Shown here one piece after another: positions 39,431 through 54,289 of a DNA stretch of 64,000 nt. Location: assembly GCF_009914755.1 (NCBI RefSeq), contig NC_060929.1; one strand, given 5' to 3'. The first letter of the stretch is position 1. Each line of letters opens with the position of its first letter. Below the pieces are notes generated by a model, which was given only the letters and a program-made list of their open reading frames with translations, was not told the DNA's origin and searched no databases. Made by a program: the position numbers and the translations under genes. Source of the DNA: the human T2T-CHM13v2.0 reference genome, Homo sapiens.

Positions 39431-41059
39431 GCAAATGTCATTAGAAAACTAGTGTGACTATATAAAATTATTTTTAAAGCAAAAAAATGCAACATACATG
39501 TAAAGCATTTTTACATATCTTTATTGATTTTGACCAATTCTCAGTGCCTTAAAATATTTTCTACTTCTTCATGGTCATTTTCTCAATATAAAGCTACTTC
39601 ATTATCACTAGAATTTAAAGGACTTTGATCAGTAATAGTAATAGAAGAAAAAACTATGACAATAAAGAATTTTAAAAAATCTGGATTTCAGTGCCACCTT
39701 TTGGACTAGCAACAAATGTGACCAACAACACACTAGACCCCTGATGTCTCCATCATCCTCATCTGTAAAAATGTGTTCTAAACTATATTTTATTAAATAC
39801 AAACATTTATAAGTATTAAAATACATTATCTTAATCATTAATAATTGATAAAATCAACATCTAGGAAGTCTTCTATAGACTAGAGTTGGCATAACCAAAT
39901 CAGCTATTACTAATCTCTGATAGCAGAGAAATTAGAAAAGAAATAAATTAAATTAAAAAATTATAAAAACAAGTCTACTGCTTAATGAATTTGGTTAAAC
40001 CTCTCAGAAATTTAATTGTTGCCGAATATTCTAAAGATTCTATAAACAACTTAAAAATCCTGGCAGAATTTCCTTATTTATACCATTTGTTGATATGCTA
40101 CTTATTTATAGTATCGTATATAGCAAAGCTGTAGACATTTTAACAGTTTTCAAGGAATCTCTCTCAATTTTATTTCAAAGTGTTATAAACCAGAGGTTTC
40201 ATAAATACTGAGTAATAGATACTTTTGATGGGAACCTTGCTTTTAGCAATACTATACTGTATATTTTAGTGCTACACAAAATTAAAATAAAAAAATTTCT
40301 TTCCAACTAGATAGGAACAACTTGATATTATAACCAAGAAAATTAAAATGAAAGGTAGGCATGTGCATTTTTTAAGTTAGCAGTCATATTTCACTAGGCC
40401 ATTTGAAATATTTCAATTCCTTAGAGATAAATGAGAAAAAATTCTGTCAGATTTAAATGCAAATGTTGAACATTACATTTGAAAGATCTCTCAACATTCT
40501 CCTACCTCTGCAACTCTTCCTCCAAAAATTCTAGATTTTTATACTTCTTTTCCACTAGTATTAATTAGACTCCTAGGCAATTTAGCTGACACCTTAAAAA
40601 TGTCAAAGACCTGGTTGAAAATGTAGAAAAAAAAAAAAAAAGGAAAAATAAATTGTGAAGACCAGGAAACCTGACGATGAAAACAACCAGCTGTCCTGGG
40701 CTGGAACGAAGTGGTGTTCAATCGAGGAATCTTCCTGAATTTGAGTCTCCGTTGGCCTGTCATTATGCAAGAAAGAGATAACCAGAGATGGGATATTTAA
40801 GAGACCAGAATTTTTCAAATCATCCAGGAGAGACTGGCATTCTACACCAAGGAAAAATATGTACAAATATATGGTAGGCTCTAGAAAACCTACACAGTCC
40901 CAGATCGATGGATGAAGGCTAAGATTGTATTCACTGATTTCTATAGAAAGTAGTACAATGCTGGTGAAGGAGTTGTGCATGTGATTAACTGTGGTGCCAG
41001 GCTGGCTTGGAAGAAATGGGCATAGGATCATTGATGACTTGAAAAAAAACTGAGAGTAA

Positions 41060-41515
41060 ACGTATTAGGTTTAGATTTTGTTGAATTTGAGAAAATAAAA
41101 TAATACGGGCTGAAAGAAAACAAGTTGTTGTTTTTTTCTCTCATGTAAAACAAGTCTAGAAAACAGGCAGTCTTGGGTACTATAGCGCTCCATAAAATCA
41201 AAGAACCATTCTCCTCCTTCTATCTTGTCCTCTGTCCTTCAGCTCATGGTTTCCTTCCCATGGGCCAAAGGAAGGCTGGAACTCCAGGTCGAACATGAGC
41301 TGTCAATCCAATAAGAAGGAAATAAAAATAAGTCCCTCTTCTCAACTACCTTTATACACAAACTGTTGCTCATATATTTTGACCAGAACTTAGTCATTTG
41401 GCTAAGACTAGCTGTAGTAGGTGCTGGAAAATAATAGTCTTTCTTTGGATAGTCATGCTTACTACAAATCATGGGTTCTATCCACAAGGTGGAAAGAGAA
41501 AGGATATTGGGAGCA
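41060..41515 (-). mobile_element. MLT1 (J/K-like) MaLR LTR
   Basis: TTTTCTCTCATGTAAAACAAGTCTAG...TTGACCAGAACTTAGTCAT...AGCTGTAGTAGGTGCTGGAAAAT...GGATATTGGG. Confidence 0.7.
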
Positions 41516-41949
41516 TTTTAATTTAATATAATTGAATAATAACTTAACATCTCAAAAATAAAACAGTTATAGATGATGATAATGTCCAGCAGCATCTGTT
41601 TTCTAAAGTATAGAGAACACAAAAGACATATATTTGGTTGTATTGAGGAGCTTAGAAGGAGGTGAGGAAGTTGGATGGATTATGCACAAGAACACTGATA
41701 TCAATGAGAACAGTAACAGAATTTGCAAAGAATAGGTACTAAAGCATATTCAAAATCCTCACTGAATTTTGAGAGAAAACTAAAAGTCAGTTAATAACTG
41801 TATAATCAGAAGGTGTGATTTTTCATAAGAAGAGTATTTTGTAACAGAAGAGGAGAATCCTGGTACAGAGTTGATAGACTTTTAACTTCAGCCCTTCAGA
41901 TTAGGAGATCCAGAAGGTAAGGAAGGTAAGTGAAGAGCTCTCAGCAATA

Positions 41950-42160
41950 TTGGTAGTGAAAAGAGCATGGTCCCACAGATTTGATGTTTAATGACACCTT
42001 TTTCATTCACTAATTTCATAATTATTAGCAAGGTACAAAACTATCTTGTTTCCTCATTTAAGAATTGGGAATAATATCTGCCTCAAAAGCGTATGGTAAA
42101 GATAAAAAAAAACACTAAAACATTGCTGAACTCATAGTAGAATCTCAAAAAAGATTAGCC
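41950..42160 (+). mobile_element. MIR SINE
   Basis: GTTTCCTCATTTAAGAATTGGGAATAATATCTGCCTCA core. Confidence 0.65.
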
Positions 42161-42289
42161 ACACTCTCTTCTTCCTACAGTTTCCAATCTGTCTGTAGTG
42201 GGAGTTTGCTTTTTTAATATTATAGTCATTTCTATAAAAATTTAGGACAGAGAACAAGAATATCATGGGCAGATAATGCATTATTTAAC

Positions 42290-42920
42290 CTTCAATTAAG
42301 ACAGTTCATATTAGCCTTAATGAGGAATCTCTGTTAGGTCATAAATTCAGCCACTTGTTTTCTTAGTACCCTCTATTAGGCATTAGGAGAAAAAGGGTGT
42401 TGTGAGTCTCAGTGACATGTACGAAAAATAAGCAAATATCCTCCCAGGGTGCCTCTTTGCTAAAAGCCTGCAATATGTCCACAATGCACGGAAGCATTAA
42501 CAGTACATCTCATTTTATATCCCCATTTGACAAGCACAACTTAAAACAAGGATGAGCTTGCACTAAATGCGCTTGTCTAATTCTCATTACTGCTAATTAC
42601 GTGCACGCAGCAGGAAGACCACATCTCTTCAAAATAAGGCTTACTTTTCAAGAGAGAGGATAAAAGTCAGTAAATTTTCAAAGTACCAAATGATTTCTTA
42701 CCATTATTAGCATTTTATATACCCGTGGATATTTTATTTTATAACCTGAACCATAATTCAGTTGTGGCCACAGGCCCTATATGAGCTTTCGAAAAATAAA
42801 GTCGTTCCTAATCTGTTGCCTGGCAAGACCTAGCAGCAATTTGTCTTCATAAAGAACCCTTGCCATGCTATTTCCTGAATTGCAGACTAGAAAATTTGTC
42901 TCAAGATTAAGAGGCACCGG
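42290..42920. promoter_or_regulatory. Candidate conserved non-coding element/enhancer
   Basis: Non-repeat; locally more CpG than its flanks; homeodomain, FOX, ETS, RCGTG and RFX-like motifs. Confidence 0.35.
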
Positions 42921-44739
42921 TGAAAAGAATGAAATACATAAAAATAAAAACTTTCCTATCTCTTTATTTGAATTCTATTAAACTAGTGTGTGTCATTTTA
43001 AAAAGGAGATAAGGAAATTTTCAACCAGTTTTTCTGTTGATTTTCTATTTTGATTTTTCTGATTATACAAGGAAGTGCTTATGAAATGCTTTAGGCATAA
43101 TAGCACAATACATGTCATTATAGGATACACTATACACACACATTTCTCCGTGCAGTTTTCCCCAGGATATTTATGATGCAAACAAAAGTTAAAATCTAAC
43201 AATTTTTTCAGTCTTTCACACTTGATTGTATATTTTTAAGATACTGAAGATTACAGAACATCAGAGAGAAAGTATATGTTGATAAGATATAAAAACACGG
43301 TATTACCAAAGCTGCAGAGCCTGACATATTGCTGTAATAAACCAAATTGAGCATACTCTTGTGTCGAGATCTGCCTGTGTTTTTAGAAACATCCATTTTC
43401 TTATGAAATATCCAATAGTAAAACAAAATCCCTTTCTGCACCACAATGCAGATAGCAAAATAATCCAAATTCCAATGCTTGGAAATACATAGATTTATAC
43501 TTACCTTCTTTATCCCAATTTGAATGAATATATCATTTTATTTTTATCCAAGTACCAATTCAACTTGCATTCTCTGAAGATTGCTTAATGCTTCTATGCC
43601 TTTTATCAAATGATCCTTCAGCAGATTTCAGGTCTCTGTAAACTCTCCTTGAGATTTCATATTTTGAGCCTTTCCATTTTAATTTTATCATCAGGAGTGT
43701 TTGAGGCATTTTATGGAAAGAAAACCCTATATCTGCCAAATGATTCCTTTAAAGTCAATTTTTATAAAGGATGTTTTTGATTAAATGGCATGTGATCACT
43801 GTATTCAGTTCACGGGGAATGTAAGTGTATGCCTCAGACAGGGATGCAGAGACATGGGATTAAGTTTATGGACAGTAAGGATTAGACATTTCGTTTCTTT
43901 AACTTTACCCTATTCTCTTCAAATTACACATGATTTCATGGGTGTCATCTTCAAAATGGAAAAAGACCAAAGGCAAAAACACATGCTTTGTCTTATTTAG
44001 CTGGTTAAGTCTTTCAACTGCGGTCAACACATGACTGTGAAAATTTCAATTTAAAACTACATTTATGATGAGTATAAAACTGACCCCAAAACTTCAGTTA
44101 ATTATAGCAATTGTACATTTTCTTTGAAAGATTTAGAAGCTGCACTCCTAAGTACCTGAGAGAGCAGCTCTGATTATTTGATTCCCTGCTTACTCCCCAG
44201 GTGAGTTCCAGAAGCTACGCCAAGCTATATCTAGGGTCATTTTTTTTCTTCTAGAGCACAGAGAGATAGATATCCTGCAAATGAGAAAATGCCTACCTCT
44301 CCTCTGCTTCAAACCATTCATTCTTCCCATTCTTAAAATATCAGAATGAAGTATACTTTCTAGGCCAGCTTTAGGACTGGGTCTAGAACACTGTCCAGCA
44401 AAAATGTGCCATCCAACAACTGAATCAGTTTACTGAGCAACTTCCACAACTAGAGATAAAATGTGAATGCTGACAGAGAGATCATGTTGACTCTATTGAC
44501 ACTGATGGATGGCCAGAATAAGACTTCCATAATGAACAAATGAAAAACAACTGTGGACTAGCAAGACATTTTTCATAAGTTATGTAAGTGCAAAATAATT
44601 TTAAGAGGTCTGGAATTGGTTCAACCTGGCTGGTTACTCTTGGCAATAGTGGGATTAGTGGACTCTTTCTCCGGTTTAAATGAGTTAGATAAATACTCAG
44701 AAATTGATTGAGGTTACAAATCAAGCTTCTAGAAAGAGA

Positions 44740-44910
44740 ATAAATGAGCAGCTGTAAATGTTTGTGAAGCTGCCTCGTTAAAGGGACAGCCAAATTACCT
44801 GGCTCCAGCCTGGCCCTTTGACTCACCCAATCAAACCAGCTGCCAAGTCTCTCCCCAGAAGGTGGCCATTAGGCCGCTGGCTAAGTGGCAGGAATTACAG
44901 TATAAACAGC
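44740..44910. promoter_or_regulatory. Candidate enhancer/promoter motif cluster
   Basis: Two CAGCTG, TGACTCA, CCAAT, TGCCAA, CTCF-like CCAGAAGGTGGC, CAGGAA and TATAAA within 170 bp. Confidence 0.45.
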
Positions 44911-45289
44911 CTTTTTTCTACGTATTTCTTCCCTACCTCTTCAATGTTAACAGTATTGGGAAATAAGAAAAAAATCAAAAATAGAAAGGTTAAAAAATGA
45001 ATGTGATTTCTAAACAAAGATAATTTATAAACCATTCAAATAAATACATTTGCAGAAAAAAGATTCTTTTTCTACATTTGTATTAAATAAAATTTGTCAC
45101 ACAAATTTACTCATCATACCTACCTATTAGATGTTAGTTTCCTTTAAAAATAAGCATTTACTACCTGAAATTTATAAACTATATTCATCTGTAGGCAAAA
45201 ACGTGGTCTTTTTCTTGCATTCCATAACTCTGACACTGGCACCAAACAACCATCCAAATTCAAAGCCTCAAAGGCACATTTGCCATTTC

Positions 45290-46030
45290 ACTTACCCTTA
45301 CCTCTAATCTTAGCCCTCTTTCCATTGCCCTTAGAGTCATCCATTCCAACTCCCCTGAGGTTCAGTCACGGCCTCCAGTACAACTTGTCTGACTCTGATT
45401 CTGCCTTGTGCAATGCACTGTGTGCATTCCTGAGAGAATAATCTTCACAGGTCTTATTTCTCGTTATATCCCATGCCCCAATGGCTTCAACGGCTCCTAG
45501 AAGCCTACAAAATAAAGTCCAAGTAATTTGTTTGCTAAGTATTCCAGGAGGATTTTCAAGACCACACTCTAATTTGACCTCAGCTTCTCCCACACTGTCC
45601 CATTACTCCTCTTCAAATCAAGCTATGTTCCGGACAATTAGATCCCCCACTCACACCAGTCCTGCAAACGCTTCGTATCTTGCCTTGTCTGCTGTATCCA
45701 CTGCCTGAGTTGCTTCTTCTATGGTCAGCCTCTTCATATGCCATATGAGGAATCTTCTCAGATTCCGTCTCAGGAAAGCCTGTGTTGAAAGCCCAAAATA
45801 GGTCAGGACCTCTGTTTCACGCTCTTCTGGAATCAGTGTTTCTCCTTTGTAGTATTTGTAGCATGTGTGATTAATTAAATATTTGCAAAATTATTTGTCT
45901 AATTCTGTTTCTGTCACAAGATAGCAAGAGCCATGAGGATAAAGACTGGTATCTAATTTTTTTCTTTGTATTCCCAGCACCCGGAAATGCAAAATGCAAT
46001 AATTACTTCATTTAATAATAATATTTCATT
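45290..46030 (+). mobile_element. L2 LINE 3' part
   Basis: CAATGGCTTC...AAAATAAAGTCCAAG...CTCAGGAAAGCC...CTTTGTATTCCCAGCACC. Confidence 0.75.
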
Positions 46031-47169
46031 TAATAAAAGGAACTGTGCGATTTTTCAGTTCCTTTACTAGAGTAGTTCTCAGACAGAAGGTGCACTACAG
46101 TAATTCATTGTGATGATGTGTGTGTCTTATCTGCAGCCTTTATGTTTTATTTACCTTTGTCTCCCTGATAGCACCTTGGACAAATCTGTGCAGCTACTGC
46201 TCAGTAAATTTTTTTTAATCTAATGGGAAGGAAAAATTATTAAGTGAAAACTATTTTTCCACACTGAAAACCCACATAGAAAAACTAACCTTTGGCAGAT
46301 TGAGATAATTAGCTCTGATTTCAGATACTTTTTAAAATTTGATGTGTTTATTTTTATAATTGTCTAAAATTTTCTACATAAGCACATTCTGGATATCTGC
46401 CTTATAACCTAATGGTGCTTCATCATTTCAGCACCAGTTGCATTTTTCTTTACTACAACATTGAGACTCAATAGTTCACTTTAATTGTTGAGGCTAATGA
46501 CAAAAGAACAGATGTGGACTTAATGCACAAGTAATATTTTCATGATGAATGAAGGTTAGATGGATATCACTGAGCACTCTTGAAACAATGGTTATGAAGC
46601 TGTTTTGATGAAGAATAGTGGAGGACATTTTGAATTATCCCCTAGCATAAGGTGGCATAGGCATGCCAAACTTAAAAGAACCTGCCTGTAGATGTTGGTT
46701 TCATATTTACATTTTGAGCAATGATTCAGTTTCAGCAAACAATATCATCTGTCACAGTAAAGCAATGTTTCTAAATAAAATTTTGTGTTCTGTTTTAGTT
46801 TTGTTTGCATTTAATTGGTAAGCTTATTTTGGATAGTACGAGTCAGGGGTAGAAATTATGGGGAACTACTCCCCATCCCTAGCTACCAGGACCACTGGGC
46901 AGAACAATAGAAATACAGTATTACTGTATTAGTAGATGTAATTTTTCACATTGTTTTAAACCAAAAAACAAAAATTAGTCATTTTCTATGCTTTCACATT
47001 CAATAATCTTATAAAAGAGGGTAGTATATTAATAAACACAAACTGCTCAAACACTTTAAAATATTGATGATTATGACAAATAAAAATAATTTAAAACTAC
47101 ATTGAGGAGGGGTATAATAATTTTTTTCAATTAAAAGAAGTCATACATTTCTCAACTTTGAGAAACATT

Positions 47170-47619
47170 GTTCTTACCTTCCCAGTGTGCACCCCACCAG
47201 CTTTTAGTAACAGCACCCCACACTTCTCTTGGAAAACCATTCTCCTCCTTGTGGTTTTAGCAGAACTATAAACCATGCTATTGCTGCTAGCCTTATCTAA
47301 GGTATAACCACATAACTCACATTAAAGCAATCATATTCTCCCAACCAGGAATTTGAATATTGAGTGGAGAGACATAAAGGTAGAAGACAGATGGATTTGG
47401 GCTATTTCCAGTGGAAATAATTGTGAGTTTTTGCTACTGAGATCCCTGAAGTTACAGTGGGTTTCTGTTCTTTCCTGAATCCTTCTTGAGCCTATCATTT
47501 TATATCATGAGTAATGCACTATCCTTCTTATAAATTCTTTTTCTTCTCTTTTCTTTTATTTGTGCTTAAATTGATCAGTTGGTTTATTTTGGTTACCACC
47601 AAGAATCCTAACCAATGCA
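47170..47619 (+). mobile_element. MLT1 (K/L-like) MaLR LTR
   Basis: TAAATTCTTTTT...TGCTTAAATTGATCAGTTGG...CCAAGAATCCTAACCAATGCA 3' end. Confidence 0.65.
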
Positions 47620-48832
47620 GTAATCTAAACAAAACTAACCCAAAGTCACACAAAATTCAGAGGAGAATTTGAGAAATTGAGAAAAAGTATTCAAGAGCTT
47701 AAAGAAAGATAAGGAAGATGAAAGCAAGACCATGTATAACATTTTCTTTCCTTCTCTGTCTGGTTTATAAGTTTTGAATTCACTTATTAATACATTTTGA
47801 AACTGATATTCTGCTCCATAATGTCTCACCCCTGACCAAATGTTTCTTGAAAGCAAGAAGTAATTCATATTCATGTGATATCCTAGCATCTCACAGAAGG
47901 CTTGGCAAGCATAATAGGCAGTCAATAAATATACTTTGAACTGGTAAGTTTCACCTCCAAGGTTTACAGTTATAGCAGCAGGTCAGTAAAGAAACAGTTT
48001 TTAAAATTTATCAAGTTTCTTGTAAAAAGAGGCACAGGTGAGTTTTCCAGTTACTGGAGAATGATCTTTAGTATTACTGCCATAAACATCCTCCAGTCTA
48101 CAGTAAGCTGCTTTAAGTTAGAAAACGGTGTTTACCTTTGTACCTTTGTACCTTTGGCTTGTGGAGACAAGCCAAAAAGTGCCTGGTATATAGCTGTCAC
48201 CTCAATCACTGTTTAGTCAATTACTGTAGACTGAGATTAGATCTGTCATTCCAGAATTTATTTTCAGGATATAAATCAATGTGACTTGAATTTGAAGACA
48301 ATGTTTACATCATATTCTAGTTTACACGTGTTGTTGTTCTGCTGAAATTGATATCAAACTATCTCTGTTGCTTACCAAATTTCCTCCTTTAAACTAGCAT
48401 GCCATACAGCAATGCCAGTTCTTCCAATTGTCTATACTAGGTCTGTTGAGGTCTAAAGTGAGAACCACTGAGCATTGAACAGTAAGTTAATTGGTAATAT
48501 TAACTCTTTTGGGTGTACCATCATTGTCAACATCTTTACTAAAAGATTTAAGTCATTTTTGCTGAAGTACATGATACAGAAGAGATCACTTTCACCTGCG
48601 CACTGGTGACCTAGCTAGTATTTCATAGAGCATTAAGCATGAGCTAGCCATGCCCTTACCTCTCCCCACTCCATCCCCATTCCACTCCCCTCAACCCAAA
48701 AGTGTCATTTTTATTGGCCACTAAGGAGATATAAGGCTTGGTCTTATGCAGATTCTGCTTCATTTAAGGATGAATGCTGGTGAGAAGAGTTTAAAGGAAG
48801 TCATCCTAAAGACTGAACAAAGATGTGACAAG

Positions 48833-50023
48833 TTCCATATGAAATTTAAAGTAGTTTTTTCTAATTCTGTGAAGAAAGTCAATGGTAGCTTGATGGGGAT
48901 AGCATTGAATCTGTAAATTACTTTGGGCAGTATGGCCATTTTCACAATATTGATTCTTCCTATCCATGAGCATGGAATATTTTTCCATTTGTTTGTGTCC
49001 TCTCTTATTTCCATGAGCAGTGGTTTGTAGTTCTCCTTGAAGAGGTCCTTTGCATCCCTTGTAAGTTGGATTCCTAGGTATTTTATTCTCTTTGTAGCAA
49101 TTGTGAATGGGAGTTCACTTATGATTTGGCTCTCTGTTTGTCTGTTATTGATGTATAGGATTGCTTATGATTTTTGCACATTGATTTTATATCCTGAGAC
49201 TTTACTGAAGTTGCTTATCAGCTTAAGAGATTTTGGGCTGAGACGATGGGGTTTTCTAAATATACAATCATGTCTTCTACAAACAGTGACAATTTGACTT
49301 CATCTCGTTCTATTTGAATACCCTTATATTTCTTTCCCTTGCCTGACTGCCCTGGCCAGAACTTCCAATACTATGTTGAATAGGAGTGGTGAGAGAGAGC
49401 ATCCTTGTCTTGTGATGGTTTTCAAAGGGAATGCTTCCAGCCTTTGCACATTCAGTATGATATTGGCTATGAGTTTGTCAGAAATAGCTCTTATTATTTT
49501 GAGGACATTCCATCAATACCTAGATTACTGAGAGGTTTTAGCATGAATGGGTGTTGAATTTTATCAAAGACCTTTTCTGCATCTATTGAGATAATCATGT
49601 GGTTTTTGTCATTGGTTTTCTTTATGTGATGCATTATGTTTATTGATTTGCATATGTTGAACCAGCCTTGCATCCCACAGATGAAGCCGACTTGATCATG
49701 GTGGATAAGCTTTTTCATGTGCTGCTGGATTCAGTTTGCCAGTATTTTACTGAGGATTTTCGCATTGATATTCATTAGGGATATTGGCCTGAAATTTTCT
49801 TTTCTTGTTGTGTCTCTGCCAGGTTTTGGAAGCAGAATAAAGCTGGCCTCATAAAATGAGTTAGGGAGAAGTCCCTCTTTTTCTATTGTTTGGAATAGTT
49901 TCCGAAGGAATGGTACCAGCTCATCTGGTAGAATTTGGCTGTGAATCTATCTGGTCCTGGACTTTTCTTGGTTGCCAGGCTATTAATTATTGCCTCAATT
50001 TCAGAACTTGTTATTGGTCTATT
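48833..50023 (-). mobile_element. L1PA7-like inverted 5' segment (ORF2 RT region)
   Basis: Minus-strand ORF2 remnants ([23 protein letters not shown]; [23 protein letters not shown]). Confidence 0.95.
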
Positions 50024-51816
<1,793 letters not shown>

Positions 51817-52099
51817 AAAGATGTGGCAAGCACACTGCCCTTCTGAACTCAGTGATGTTGTTATAACTTTGAGAGCTGTGGAATTTGGAATTCATGAGTG
51901 GAAACTGAATTAAAGACTCCTTGTCCTGAGGTATTAGATTTCCCCTAAAACAAAAAACCTGTTTTGTTTTTGTTTGTTTTTTTTAAAAAACCTGTTTTGT
52001 TTGTTCTAGTTCTTTCTCTACCATTAACTAGCTCTATTACCTTAATTAAGTTATTTAATCTGTCTGAACCTCGCTGTCATATCTATCCATCTATCCACT

Positions 52100-52490
52100 T
52101 TCAGATGGAACTTTTTTCTTTGAACATATAAGGCTCTTTATGCCTTTGTACATTTGTACATGTTGGAAACATGCTCGCCTCCTGTAGACGGTCTGGATAA
52201 ATTTTTATTTAGTTAGCTAACACTGGCTCAATCCACCCTTCCTCCTAGAAGCCTCCAAGACTGCTCTAGTGGCTTCTCTCTGTGCTCCCCATCCTGAACA
52301 CATGGTAACTCTGATCACACCACATCGTTAGTGCTTTTGTTGATCTATCCATCTCTAATCTCGGATTAAGAACTCTTTGAGAGTACAGACTATGTGTATT
52401 CCTAATGCTATTTTTATCACTTAACAGTGACTGTGAATATTTGGAGCTCAGTACATTAGCTAATAGAAGGATGAATGAATAAGTAAACAG
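52100..52490 (+). mobile_element. L2 3' end
   Basis: CTTCCTCCTAGAAGCCTCC...AAGAACTCTTTGAGAGTACAGAC...GAGCTCAGTACAT...GAATGAATAA. Confidence 0.7.
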
Positions 52491-53202
52491 ATTCTCTTAT
52501 AATATTTGTGTCTTTTCGTTATTCATTGGAATAGTTTGGCCTCATTAAAATGTAAAAGAAGGATAGGAATTTAGCTGCATACCTTCCTGACAGAATAGGA
52601 TTACACACAAGATTTATTGTTTTCGTGGCCCTTAGATTAGCTTCATTACAATGCAGTTATCCATGTAAGCACAATTATGCCATTTGTAGTCAATTCATTA
52701 TTAATGTTTTCTTTTGATTGAATTCACCATTAATGTTTTCTTTTGATGATTGCAGAAGTTAAAGAAAAAATGAGCATCATTACCAGCACAACAATTATTA
52801 TAACTGAGTTTTGAATAATAAACAAACAATATACAAAAGTATACTTTAAGAGTAGTTTATTAGGCACATTGTTTCTCTTGATATATTAATTTTCAATGTT
52901 TTATTGGTAAAATGGTATCAAATGTTATGTAACCAAGATGTCAATATTTGCAATATCACTAAATTTTAGTTTTAAAATATATTTTCATAAAATTATATTT
53001 AAAATATTCTTTACTGTCAGTGTAGCAAAATAAAAATATATATTATTTGAAGCCTGAGAAGAAACCACTTACCAAGAAGGCTTTAAATGTTTGTTGTGTT
53101 TGGGATTTTGCGCCATAACAAATAAACAAGTCATATCATTCATATTAATGTTTGTTTGGTTGGTTTTATCATCCCTCTATATTTCATTTTACAATAGAAA
53201 GA

Positions 53203-53290
53203 TAAGCCTGAAATTCAGGCTTAGACTAGGAAGTGTAGTCTAAGCCTGAAATTCAGGCTTAGACTAGGAAGTATAGTCTAAGCCTGAATT
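53203..53290. repeat. 38-bp tandem repeat (2.3 copies) made of nested inverted repeats
   Basis: TAAGCCTGAAATTCAGGCTTAGACTAGGAAGT(G/A)TAGTC twice, then TAAGCCTGAATT. Confidence 0.97.
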
Positions 53291-54289
53291 GCACTGTTTC
53301 CAATATGTCAAAGACATATATATCTGAAAAGTAAGAGTGTGTCAAAAAGATAAAATTTTATTTTTGACGATGGTTATAAATGGAAGAAAAAAAGAGCTGA
53401 AAATTTAAGAATCTAAATGATTTTCTTCTTTATCAAAATAGTTAACATTATGATGAACAATGTTCTAAAAGTAAGGTAGACTATAAGTTTCCAAAAAACA
53501 ATGCATAAGCAGGAAAAAAAAGGGAGGAAATACATAGCCAAAAAGTTTATTTCTCCCAATCACCACAGTTTTTCTGGAGCAGCTGAATAATATAGATGCT
53601 ACCATCTGGAAAACCTCTAAAATGCATTCTATGTAAATAATTTTTCAATTACCATTTATTCCTTTGCCTTGTATACTATCTTGCATATGTGTATATCTGT
53701 GGTTATTTATTTTCACTGCTTCATACCTGTCCCTTAAAATTTATCCTAAGAATGAGTAGATTTAGGAATTAAATATATTTTTTCTCTAAAATTTAGAACA
53801 GCTCAGGGTGACTATAAGTTTGAAGAGAGATACGAAGGCAGCAAATCTGATCGTACATATTATGCAAAAATAAGTCAGAATGAACTAGTAAGCAAACAGT
53901 GAGTCATCATTTTATAGCAGAATTTAATTGACCAGTGCAGCTCAAAATATCATGGAATTGGTACCTAAAGAAAGTCATGGCATCAATTTTTAAATTAAAA
54001 GCTCATTTTACATCTTCTAAGCAATTATCAAAGGATGTTGATAAGTTACAGAAATTATAGCATCACCATTTGGCATTCACAGTTCTGATAGCTATCTTTG
54101 TGGCTTCCCAATAAGAGAGCTGGTTAACATAATGAGTGGATGCTTGAAATCCATTGTTCATAGTTTTATCAACATGGTAATGATAATAATAACCAGGAAT
54201 CCCTCATTAGTTATGTATATACAAATTTTATGTATTCTTGAATTATATAATGTTTTGTTTTTACTATTTCTATATTATTATTTAAAATA

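Noticed and set aside
40603-41031. 142-aa minus-strand ORF
   Set aside because: No recognisable domain, runs through a poly-T tract, non-ATG start, and probably overlaps a decayed L2-like repeat.
43208-43468. 86-aa minus-strand ORF in unique DNA
   Set aside because: Non-ATG start, no homology recognised, and composition typical of random AT-rich ORFs.
46912-46930. Small palindromes (9-bp arms here, 8-bp arms at 57192-57210)
   Set aside because: Short enough to be expected by chance in 64 kb of AT-rich DNA.
53203-53290. CRISPR-like palindromic direct repeats
   Set aside because: The units are contiguous with no unique spacers, there are no cas genes, and the context is primate genomic DNA.
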